DNA of 64,000 nt from an uncultured delta proteobacterium (lineage in GTDB: Bacteria; Myxococcota_A; Polyangia; Polyangiales; JAFGIB01). Below are positions 1 to 12,000 of the stretch, one piece after another. Under the pieces are notes generated by a model, which saw only the letters and a list, made by a program, of their open reading frames with translations, had not been told where the DNA came from and did not search any database. The stretch is from NCBI GenBank assembly GCA_963778655.1, contig CAVZVA010000002.1:128001-192000 (forward strand). Direction: 5' to 3'. Position 1 is the stretch's first letter; every line of letters begins with the position of its first letter. The translations under genes and the position numbers were made by a program.

Positions 1-3000
1 GTCGGTCTGTTTGGTCACGTTGCCGCGCGCGTCGTACTCGTATTGCACGGGTCTCGACGTCGCATCCGTCTGCACCACGCTGCGCCCCGGCAGGTCGTAG
101 CTGCTCTGGCTGCACCCGCCCTCGGCGTCGCACACCCCCGAAAGCCGCCCGTCTCCGTCGTAGCTCAGCGCTGCCACCTTGCGTCCCGCCGCATCGATGA
201 TGCTCTGCAGGTGATGCGGGAGGTCGCTGCGGTAGCTGAAGCGTGTCGCCTCCCCCACCTGGTTGGTCACGCGTGCCAGGTTCCCGTTGAGGTCGTAGGC
301 GTACTGCACCGCGCGACCCGATGGGTCCACCACCGCGCTGATCCGTCCCTGCGCGTCACGCTCGAAGCTGATGCTCTTGCCCCCGCTGTGGTGGATGCCC
401 GCGGCGTCGATGCTGATCGCGTTGCCGTTGCGGTCCTGCACCAGCTCGATGCCGTTCTGCTCGCTGAGCTCGATCACGCGCCCATCCGCCAGCTGCAGCT
501 GCAGCTTGCCCGGGTTGTACGGCTGCGTCGGGTCCAGCGCGTCCACCGCGTCCACCCCGTACGGCGCCTCGCCACCGATCGGCGGCTGCTGCAGCTGCGT
601 CAACACCTGATCGTTGCCCACCACCAGCAGCTGCGCCCCCGCCGTGCTGCCGTCCACCTGCTCGTAGCTGTAGGTCATCGCGCACTGCCCGCTCACCAGC
701 GGAACCTGCGAGCTCGGCACCAGCGTCGCCCGGAACAGGTACCACTCGCGCTCCGACAGCCGCACCTCGGTCAGGTGCTGCTCGTGCTCCAGCGTGATCG
801 TGCACGGAAAGTTGAACCCGTACGGCGTATCCGGGTACGTCACGAACCACTCGCTCCCCGGCGCTCGGTTGTGCTGCAGCGAGCCCTGCTTCACGTCCAA
901 CCGCCAACCGTAGCCGAAGTCCTGCTTGTTCTTGTCCCGGCTGTCGTAGCTGCGCACCACCGTGATCGGGATCCCCGCCATCGGCACCGCCATGTCCACA
1001 AACGACAGCTGAACCACCCCGACCTTGGCCTGGCCTTCCACCCGCACCGGGATCACCACCTCGCTGGACTGGCCGTTGACGTCGTGCGCCGTCAGCCTCA
1101 GCTCGTAGTAGCCGTCGCGCAGCAACGTCGCGTCCAACGTGCCCAGCGCGCCGTCTTGCACGCTCTGGTAGCCCTGGGCGACCTGCGTCCAGCTGCTCTC
1201 TCCGGTGCGACGCTGCTCCAGCGTGTAGCCCATCAGGTTCGGGTCGCTGGCCGTACCCACGATGGCCTGCAGGTAGGTCGCCTCCGCGTCCTTGGCCGGA
1301 GTGCTGATCGCCACCACCGGCGGCGTCGTGTCCCCGGCGTCCTGCACCCCCACCAGCAGCGTCTTGGTCGAGACGTTGCCGCTGGCGTCGACCGCCGTCA
1401 CCACCACCGTGTGCACGCCCCGGCTGCTGCTGCTGAAGTCCAGCTGCCCGTTTTCGTCGAGCTGCGCCGGCGCGCCGTCGATCGTCACCTCGAGGCTGCT
1501 CACGCCGACCTCGTCGCTGGCAAGCGCAGTCAGAGTCAGCGTGCCCCCGGGCACAATCGTCTCCTGGTCCACGTTGACGTCCAGCACCGGCGGGCTGCTG
1601 TCCTCGGTGACCTCCACCGTGAAGCTCTGCGTGTCCTGCAGCCCGCCGCTGTCGGTCACCTGCACCGTCACCGCGTAGCTCCCGAGCGCATCCGGCTGCC
1701 ACTCGATCAGGCCCGTCACCATGTCGATGGTCATGCCTTGCGGCCAGTCCAAAAGCGTGTAGCTCAGCACCTCGCGCGTGCCCAGGTCGGCCGCATCCAC
1801 GTCGTAGCGGTAGTGACCGTGCACCACCGCGTGCGTCACCGCGGTGCTGGTGATCCGCGGCGTCACCGCGTTCTGCAGCACCTCGATGTTGAAGAACTGC
1901 CGGTCCACGTTGCCCAGCTCGTCACGCGCGATCAGCACTACCCCGTGCGTGCCGAGCTGGTCCTGGGTCGGCGTCCAGAAGATCTCGCCGGTGGCCGGGT
2001 CCAGCGCCATCCCCTTGGGCGCAAGCGCAGCGCACCCGGTCATGCAGACCTGGTCGAAGTCGTAGGTCACCTGCGGCTGCCCGGTGAGCCGAACCACTTC
2101 GGGTTGATAGCGATATTCAGCGCCCACCGAGGCCAGCAGCGACGGCGTGCTCGCGAACCTCAACGGGCTACCCAGCACGCTCACCGTGAACGCCTGCACC
2201 GCGGCGGCACCGCCGGCGTCGCTGACCCGCACCAACACCGTATGCTCGCCCACGTTTCCATCGGCGGGGGTCCAGCTCAGCGTGTTGCCCGACAGCGTCA
2301 TGCCCGCAGGGCCGGTCACGAGATCGTACGAGAGCGCCTGATTCTCCGGATCGTGCGCCGCCAGGTTGTAGAGGTAGAGGTCCCCGACCTGTGCCTCGAC
2401 AACGGGCTGGCTGTCGAAAACCGGCGGCGCATTGCTCGCATCCGTCATGACGGTGAGCGTTACGCTGCCGTCGAGCGTGTTTCCCCCCAACGAATCCGTC
2501 GCCGAAAGGATCAGGTGGTAGGAACCGGCCATGGTGGAATCAACCAGCCAGGTGAACACGCCCGTATCGGGATCGAGCGCCATGCCGGGCGCCAGGTTGG
2601 CGTTTTGACCACCTGGTGCCGTGAGTGGCAACTCGTACCTGATCGGTTGCAGGTCCCAATCGAACGCATGCACCTGTGCCACGAACGGGACCACCTGGCC
2701 GGGTGGCACCTTGATCACCTGGCTGACCAGGGTGCTGCCCCGGAAGTACGGGCGCTCGTTGCAGCGGTTGACGGTTGCCTGCAGCGGATCGCGGCAAGCG
2801 GGCGACAAGTACGACTCCGCTCCCAGCGACAGCGTCGCGGGCTGGCTGTCGAGCTCGCCGTCGTTGGCCACGATCGTATACACGCCTGATGGCCCGGTCA
2901 GCACGTTCCCGTTCAGGGTGGCCGCTGGCCCGCTGGTGACACGGTAGGTCAAGGCGTCGCCGTCCGGATCGTAGCCTGGCAAGGCAAAGGCGGCGTTGTC

Positions 3001-6000
3001 CTGCAGGCCACCGTAGGACGTGCTGAAGACGACCGGCGCGTGATTCGCCGCATTGGGGTCGGGCTCCAGCGCGAGATCCTCGTCCGGCACGCCGTCTCCG
3101 TCGTCGTCGATGCCGTTCTTGCGTTCCTCGCCTTCGATGCCGTCGCAGTCGTTGTCGATGCCGTCGCCCGGGACCGTGACGGTCGGCCTGCAGGCCGGTT
3201 GCGCCAGCTGCATCCCGACGGGCATCGCGTAGCTGCCGTAGTATTCGTAGCCGTAGCTCGAGGCCATGAACTTGGCGCCGAGGATGTCGCTCGTGATGAC
3301 GTGGCTGCCCTGCTCCAGGGGCATGCGGGCGCCGGCATAGGTGCCATCGCCGAGCGCGCGCCAGGCGCCCGGCACGGGCTGTCCGTCGACGCGAATGCCG
3401 CCCGCCTCCGTGCTCTTGGCGATGATGCTCAGGTGGTCCCGGAACGAAAAGTCAGTCGCGGCGGCGCCAAGCAGTGGGTCGGTCGGCTCCGGCGGCGACA
3501 CGATCAGGTGGTCGACGAACTGATCGGCCGGCGGCACCAGCATAAAGGATGGGTCGCCGAGATTGTTGAACCCTGCCCCGAGAATGTATTGCCCGACCAG
3601 GCTCGGTTGGCTGGTGATGACCTCGTGACCGCTGAACAATCCTTCGCGGAACTGATACACCGCACCGCGATCGAGCGTCGCCATGAGCTGGCCGTCGACG
3701 CGCACCTCGGTTCCGTCGGCGCCGGCCATCACACGGACGATGTCGCCGACGTCGCCGTACGTTTGGGGCCCTTCCGCCGGCACGATCGGGAAGCGCGTAC
3801 CGAAGGCAGTCACCGGCGGCATCTGCTCGATCAAGTGATCGCACGCGCTATACACGGAGCTCAACGGCGTGCACACGTGTCCGCCGTAGACCGCCACCGG
3901 CTTGCTGCTGCTCACGCGCGTTCCGGTGAAATCCTCGAATGCGTACGCGTCCACGCTGCCCGCCTCGAGTTGCAAGGTTTGCAACGCGTTGAGGGTGACC
4001 GTGAAGGGCACGCCGATGGGTGCCCCTTGCGGCAGATCGGGACCCGGCGCGACCTCGGCGGTGGGCACAATCGTCACTTGCGTATCGTCCTCGATCGCGG
4101 CCACGGAGAGCTGGCTGCCGCTCGGACTGCCGAAATACGGCTCCTTCTCGTTGTAGGCAGCCAGGACCAAATACTCGCTGCCGAGCCGCTCGACCGGCAG
4201 CGCAAGGTAGGCGTCGCTGCTGCCCCAAAGACGATCGAGAGCCTGAACCCGGATTTCGTCGAGGCTGGTGACCTCGATCCCCTTGTCCTCGATCAGCCCG
4301 CTGTCTCCCACGTTGTACCCGCGGTCCGTGAGGCCGCCCATGCGCAGCGTGTCGGGAACGACCACCCGACTGACCTGGTCCGGTGCCACGCCGACGTCGG
4401 CTTCGAACCCGACCGAAGGCGCACGAACGTGCGCCGTCGTCGCCACACGCGAGGAGATCATCAGCACCAGACGCCGCGTGTCGGGCGAGGAGTAAGCGGC
4501 ATTGGCGTTCTGCGGAAAGGCGAGCACGAATCGGACTCCCTGGTCGCCCGAAGTGCTCTGGCCCAGCTCGGTCGGCGCGCTGTCGCCCTGGCGCACCTCG
4601 AAGTCGACCGAGTCGCTGTTGGGGTAGTAGCGGTCGTCACCGGCAAAGCCGTACTCGACCGTGCTCAAGGAGAGCGGGTCGAAATGAACCACGGCGCGCG
4701 CGACCGAATCTGCGTCCGTTACCGCGGTCACGATCTCGCCGTTGTGAGAAAAGACGATCTCCCTACCCACCACGGGAGCCGAATTGTCCAGCGCGTCGAA
4801 CAACCTTGCGCTGAGCTCGAAGTCCCCGTCAGCCGCCGTGGGAACCATGGTCAGGGGAACGACCACGCTGGGCCGGCGGTCCACGGTCACAATCGCGGTG
4901 TCGGTCGTCGAGGTGTGGTCGTCGAAAGCGGTCAGCGAGGCCGTGTAGACCCCGGGGTCGGCGTAGACGTGGTCCCGCTGCGTGTCGACATGACGGTTGC
5001 ATGGATCGATGGCGACTGTGTGCCCGTCTCCGAAGTCCCACACGCAGTGCAAGCTCGCTTCATCGTCGCCGTGGTCCATGACAGCCTCGCCGGGGTGACC
5101 AACCCGCGCTCGCTGTCCCCACAAGATGCCGATGTCAGGACCGGCGTTCACCTCTGGCGGCACGTTGTGGACCGGAACGCTCTTGACGATCGAGGCCGTG
5201 AGAAACTGCGAGTCGGTAACCGTGAGATGCAGCGGTATGTCGCCATCCTGGGGAAAGCGCACGGTCAGAGGGCTGTCCGCTTGGGCGAAAGCGCCGTTGA
5301 CCCAAAGGCAGCCACCTGTGCAATCGTCGAAGATCACCGGCCCGCTCCAGCTGCGCGACAGCACGCGCTGGCCGTCCACCACTCGAGACGCATCAAACAG
5401 GGTCGCGAACGGCCCTGATCCGTCGGTCTCCGCCGGCGAATCGGGCGTCCAGGTGAAGTCCGGCACGGGCGCCTGCAAGACGGTATAGGTCGCGTGCGCC
5501 ACGCCTACGCGCCCCTGCACATCGGTCACGCTCAAAGCGATCTGGTACGTGCCGGGCTCGGCGTAAGTGTGCGAGGGATAGCGCTCGGTCGAGGAGGCGC
5601 CGTCGCCGAATGTCCAGAGACGTGAAGCCACCTCGCTCTGCGGCAGAGGTGTCATGTCCTCGAACGGCACCTGTGCGCCGCCGAGCTCAGGGCTGTATAG
5701 GCGGACGTCGGCGATCCGGTAGGTGCCGCCACCGTAGCTCGAATGCAAGCGGAGTCGCGCGTAGCGCGCGCGCGTGGGGGCAAGCTCCCAGACGAAATCT
5801 CCGTTGTCGTCCTCCCAGGAGGTCTGCGCCAACACGGTGGAAAAGTCGCCGTCCGCGCTGCCGGTGTTGGAGAGCTGAAGGTCGAAGTCCTTGGCGGAAG
5901 TGCCTTTGCCGACGTCGTATGCGCTCATCTCGAGCTGACTCACGGCCTGTCCGGCAGGCGCCAGCGCGAGGACCGCCCATTGCTCGCCCGCGCTGCCGGT

Positions 6001-9000
6001 TTGCCAGACGGTTTGGTGGCTATAGTCGAACGCGCCCGTCGCCCAGCCCGAACGGGTTTCAGTGCTCGCTCGCACCACGTCGGCGCCGCCCTCGAGCAGC
6101 GAGACCACCCCTCCTTCGCGTGAACGAGTCGACACATTGAGCTGACTCAGGTAGCCGCCCCAGTCGTAGTCAGTCGAGGAGAGACGCTCGAAAACGAGCC
6201 GTACGTATCGGGCTTGGACGGGAGCGAGCTGGAAGTCGACCGCCCCATCGACCGGCGGCACGACCTCTCCGACCTTGACAAAGGAGCCGAGGTCGAAGGT
6301 CTCGGCGGAGCTGACCCACAGCTCGGCATGGTCGGCACCACCTTCATTGATTTGAAGCGACACTTCATCGAACACCGGCTGGTCGGCGCCCGCCAACCGC
6401 ACGCTGACGTACCGGGGCTCGGGCGACGACCCGAGGCTCATCTTCAAGGAGGTATAGATGAGAGGCGTAGCAGCCGAAGGATCCAGAACGCGGTCGCCGG
6501 CCCCGTACTCCACGACACGGGCCCCGCCGCCGTAGTGCGCCCTGTTGACCCCCCGGCTTACGTGGATGACCGGCGTGACCTGCAGCGGTGGTGGCCCGCA
6601 CTTGCCGGTCTCCAAGCTGCCGCACACCTGACCGCTCGGACAGGTGCCGCAATCCAGCGTACCGCCGCAGCCGTCGCTCGGCTGTCCGCACTCCGCGCCG
6701 AGCTGTGTGCAGCTGAGCACCCCCTGGGGGTTCGGGTCGTGCAGCACACCCTGGGCTTCGTCGCAGCGGTCGCTGGTGCATGCGTCCCCGTCGTCGATCT
6801 GAGGCGTCTGTCCAGGTTGACAACCAAACACCGGGGGGACGTCCCGCGCGATGACGAGGCCGAAGTCACCGTCCAGATCGGCATTGTCGTCGAAGGGCTC
6901 GCTGGTGCCGTAGCTCTCGTCGTTTGCACCGATGAACAGAAACACCGCGCCCTCGGGCACGGTGACGACTACGCCCGCAGGCTGAATCCGGAAGTCGTCT
7001 GCAATGTCCCTGTTATCGATGTAGAAATGGATGTCGTATGGAGGCGCGTCGGAAGCGATCGCGCCCGGCACGCGGCTCCAGTTTCCAGACGGACCAGGGG
7101 GCAGCAGCTCGTCGGTGCTGCTGAAAATTCCGAGCAGCTCGGTACCATTGTTGAACGTTCCGGCGAAGCTGCCCTGCGCGCGCAACGCGATCCGGTCACC
7201 GGGCTGCAAGCCGAAATCGCTGAGGCGATACGCACGCGCATACAGCGCGTGGAAGTTCAAGAAGGTCGTGCGGGGATTCACCTGCTCGAAGTGCTCCACA
7301 GCCGTCGGCGTGCCGCAGGTTTCGGCGCCGTTGCACGCGTTGCCGTCGCTGCAGTCCGCTCCCTCGGGCGCAGCCGTATGGACTGCGCCGGTTGCCGGAT
7401 CGCATGAGTCGATCGTGCATGGATCGCCGTCGTCTATGACGAGCGGCGCCCCCGCCTGACACGTGCCCGCGCTGTCGCAACTGTCGCCGACGGTGCAAGC
7501 GTTGGCGTCATCGCACGGCGCCCCAGGCAGCGGAGTGTGCGCTATGCCGAGGACGGGGTCGCAGGTGTCGGCGGTGCACACGTTGCCGTCATCGGTTACG
7601 AGCGGCGTCCCAGATCCGCAATGCGAAGCGGCCACGTTGACCTGCGCATCGAACTCGCCAGCGGCCGTGTTGTCTGCGTAGTACCGATCGAAAAGAGCAA
7701 GAAACAGGTATGCGGCGTGCTGCGGGACGTTGACCGCCACGCCCGACGTCGGAATCCGAAAATCTTCCGCGATGTCGGTCTGCTCGCCGCCGAAGTACGT
7801 CGTTCCGGTCACGACTTGCGGCAGCCCGGAGGCGATCGCGCCGGGTACGCGGTAGCGTTGGTCCGCGGGGCGCAGCTCACTGGTCGAGCTGAACACCGCG
7901 CCGAGATCGTTGACGTATCCGTCGCCACCATAGACGTGCCCGACCGCGGTGAGCGTGATCTGCTGCCCCGGTAGGATGCCGAAGTCCGCAAGTCGCACCG
8001 CGACCGCGTCCGTCGAGCCGTTGACCGTGTGCAGGTAGGCCTGCTGCGGACCGACGCTGAACAAGAGCGGCACGAGCTCGCAGCTCTCCTCGCCGTTGCA
8101 CACGTTGCCATCGCTGCAACTCGTGCCTGCGGCTGCCGGGGTGTGCACCACCCCGACGGCGGGATCGCAGGTGTCGATCGAGCACGGATCGCCGTCATCA
8201 ACCGTGGGCGGCACGGCGGCCTGGCACTGCCCCGACTGGCACGTCTCCTGGCCGTTGCATGCGTCGCCATCGCCGCACGGGCTTCCGTCTGCAACGGGCA
8301 CGTGGCTGACGCCGCTTGCCGGGGCACAGCTATCGGTGGTGCACGGGTTGGCGTCGTCGACGACCGGCGGGGTGCCCGGCTGGCACGTTCCCGATTCACA
8401 GGTCTCTTGCCCGTTGCAAAGGTCGGCGTCCGCGCAGCTCGTGGTCACCACCTGTCCCTGCACGCAGGTGACTGTGGAGGACCCTAAACAGCTCGGCACG
8501 TAGCCTTCGTCGATCCAGTTGTCGCAGTCGTCATCGTGGCCGTTGCAGTCGTCGTCCTGGTACTGCGCGCCCGGCACGCAGCTGTCCTGGAGCTGACCTG
8601 ACACGCAGGTCGCGATGCCCGTGTTCGTGCATTCACCCGTGCCGCAGCTGGTCGGGGTCGGGACGTAGTCCTCGTCCGCGGTCCCGTCGCAGTCGTCATC
8701 GACGCCGTCGCAGCTGCTATCGGGCGGCACGACCGAGCCAGCCAGGCACCGGCTGGCCCCGTCGCACTGATCATTGATCCGGCAGTGGTCGCCGTCGTCG
8801 CAGGGATAGCCCGCGCCGGGCGGAGGGCCGGCGGTGCACACGGTGGGCTTGCACTTGCCGCCGCCGTACACGTTGGCGATGAGCTGGATCTGCGGCTGGG
8901 TCAGCACGTGATCGTAGAGCGTGATCTCGTCGATCATGCCCTGGAAGTACTGCGTGCCGGAGTGCGAGCCGAGGGTCGCGGTGACCGGGCTCGGGAAGCC

Positions 9001-12000
9001 GCCCCACTGGCCGGCGGCGGTGGTGCCCGAGCTCGGCGTGGCGCTGACCTGTGTTCCGTCGATGTAGACCAGCGGCACCGCGCCGCTGCCGCTGAAGGTC
9101 AGGGCCAGGTGATGGAAGCGCCCGGCGTCGATCAAGATCGAGCGCAACGAGCTCGGGGCAGTCACGGTGGCGGTCTGGGTGGTGCCGCCGTTGACGTAGG
9201 TCCACATCACCAGCGAGTTGGTGACGCCGCAGCCGTTGCCCACGCGCAGGTACTGCTCGTGGGTCGCGTCCTGGCTCAGGTGGAAGATGGTGCGGCAGGT
9301 GTCGGTCGGAATGCGTACCCACATCTCGAGCGTCGCCTGACCCGCGAGGTTCAGCGCCGCGGCGTGCGCCGACAGGTCGACCTGGTCGTCCACGCCATCG
9401 AAGCTGAAGCCCTGGTCCACTTCTGCGGCCGCGAAGGTGAGGCCGTTCTGCGGCGTGCCGTCGTGGCCTCCGATCACGTCGTGGGCGTTGCCATCGCCCG
9501 GCCACCACGCAACCACCCCGCCCACCGTCGGCGCGCAGATCTGCGCGTGGGGTGGCTGGCACGTCTCGGCACCGTTGCACACGTTGCCGTCCGAGCACGA
9601 AGCGCCGGGCGCGAGGTGCTGGTGGGAAATGATGCCGGTGGCGGGGTCGCAGCTGTCGATGGTGCACGGCTCGCCGTCGTCCAACCCCACGACGGCCTCG
9701 TCGATCTTGCCGTCGCAGTCGTCATCGAGGCCGTTGCAGGTGGTGTCAGCGTCGACTCCGCCAGGGGTGCAATCGTCCTGTTCCACGCCGTTCACGCACG
9801 ACGTGCTGCCGGTGTTCGCGCACGCACCGGTGCCGCAGCTGGTCGCCCGCGGCACGTAGCCGTCGTCGACCTGGCCGTTGCAGTCGTCGTCGGCCCCGTC
9901 GCAGGTGGTGTCGGACGCCGCGGGCGTCCCCGGCACACAGCTGTCCTGCTCCATGCCATTGCTACAACTGCTGCTGCCCGTGCTCGCGCACTGACCCACG
10001 CCACAGCTCGTCGCCACAGCCACATAGTCCTCGTCGACAGTGCCGTCGCAGTCGTCGTCGAGGCCGTCGCAAGTGGCGTCGTTCGCGGCAGGCGCGGCCG
10101 CAGCGCAGCTGTCGGCGACCGTGCCGAGCACGCAGCTCGTGGCGCCCGCCCGCGCGCATGCACCCACCCCGCAGCTGGTGGGGACCGGCGCGTAGTCCTC
10201 ATCGGCGATGCCATCGCAATCGTCATCGTTCCCGTCGCAGGTGGCGTCAGCGGCCGCCGGATTGCCGGGCGTGCAAGTGTCGCCGACGACGCCGGCGACG
10301 CAGAAGGTGCTGCCCAGGCGCCCACAGGCGCCCACGCCGCAGCTGGTCGTGAGCGAGACGTAGCCTTCGTCCGCGGTGCCGTCGCAATTGTCATCGATTC
10401 CGTTGCAGGTGCTGTCGCTCGCGGCAGGCGTTCCGGGGCTGCAGTTGCTCTGCACCAGGCCGCCCGCGCACGAGCTCATGGCCGAGCGCGCGCACGCCCC
10501 TACCCCGCAACTCGTCACGACGGGGACGTAGCCGTCGTCCGCGGTCCCATTGCAGTCGTCGTCGACCCCGTCACAAGTCGCGTCCGAAGCCGCCGGCGCC
10601 CCTGGCGCGCACTCGATCTGCACTGCGCCGTTTACACACGAGCTCGTCCCGCTGCGTGCGCATCCCCCGACGCCGCAACTGGTCGCGACGGGGACGTAGC
10701 CGTCGTCCACTATCCCGTTGCAGTCGTCGTCGACCCCGTCGCAGGTCGTGTCCGATGCCGCCGGCGTCCCCGGCACGCAGTTGCTCTGCTCCTCGCCGTT
10801 CACACACGAGCTCATCGCCGTGCGCGCGCACGCACCCACGCCGCAGCTCGTCGCGACTGGGACATAGCCCTCGTCCGCCGTGCCGTCACAGTTGTTGTCA
10901 ATACCATCACAGGATGTGTCGCTGCCGGCCGGCGGGCCGGCCGCACAGGCCGTCTGCACGGTCCCGTTCACGCACGAGGTGGCTCCCGTCCGCATGCATG
11001 CCCCCAGGCCGCAGCTCGTGCTCTCGGAGACGTACTCCTCGTCGACGTGACCGTCGCAATCGTCGTCGATGCCATCGCAGCTGGCGTCGGCGGCGGCCGG
11101 ATTGCCGGGCACGCAGCCGTCGCTGACGGTGCCTGCGACGCAGGCTGTCGTGCCCGTCCGGCTGCACGCACCCACGCCGCAGCTCGTCGCCACCGGGACA
11201 TAGCCCTCGTCCGCCGTGCCGCTGCAATTGTCGTCGATTCCGTCACAGGTCGTGTCGCTCGGGGCCGGCGTGCCGGGTGTGCAGTCCGTCTGCGCCTCGC
11301 CGTTCACGCACGCGGTCGTTCCCGTCCGCAGACATGCCCCGACGCCGCAGGTGCTGGTCTCCGCAACGAATTCTTCGTCGACGCGGCCGTCGCAGTCCTG
11401 GTCGACGCCGTCGCAGGTAGTGTCGTCCGAAAGACAGGCCTGGCACACGTCGTTCTGCGGGTCGCAGTAGTTCCCGTCCGGACACGGCTCTGCGCAAGTC
11501 GGCCGGCAGAATGGGGTGGTGACTCCGTAGTCGGGCACAGCGCTGCAGATCTGGGTGCTGACGGCGCAGCCTCCGGCCGCGTCGCAGGAAGCGAAACAAG
11601 CGCCGCCTTCGCAGTGCGAGCCCTCGGGGCAGGTCGAAGGAGACGCCGCCGGATCGCAGGGCCTCACGCAGTAGCCGCCCGGCAACGAAAGCGCGCAGAA
11701 GGCCGGTTCCTCAGGTGTCGCGAGCCCCACGCAATCGGCATCGCTCGTGCACGGGCTGCCGACCACCGCGCAACCCGTTGCGCCCGCGCAGTCCGAGTCC
11801 GCGCAGTCGACCTGGCCGTCGCCATCGTTGTCGAGGCCGTCGGCGCATTGGCTCTCGCACAGCGGCACGCAGGTGTCGTGCACCTGACCCTGCAGGCAGA
11901 CCAGGGTTCCGGTAGCGGCGCACGCGCCCGACCCGCAACTGGTCGCCGCGCCGGCGTAGCCGTCGTCCACCGCACCGTTGCAGTCGTCGTCGACCCCGTC

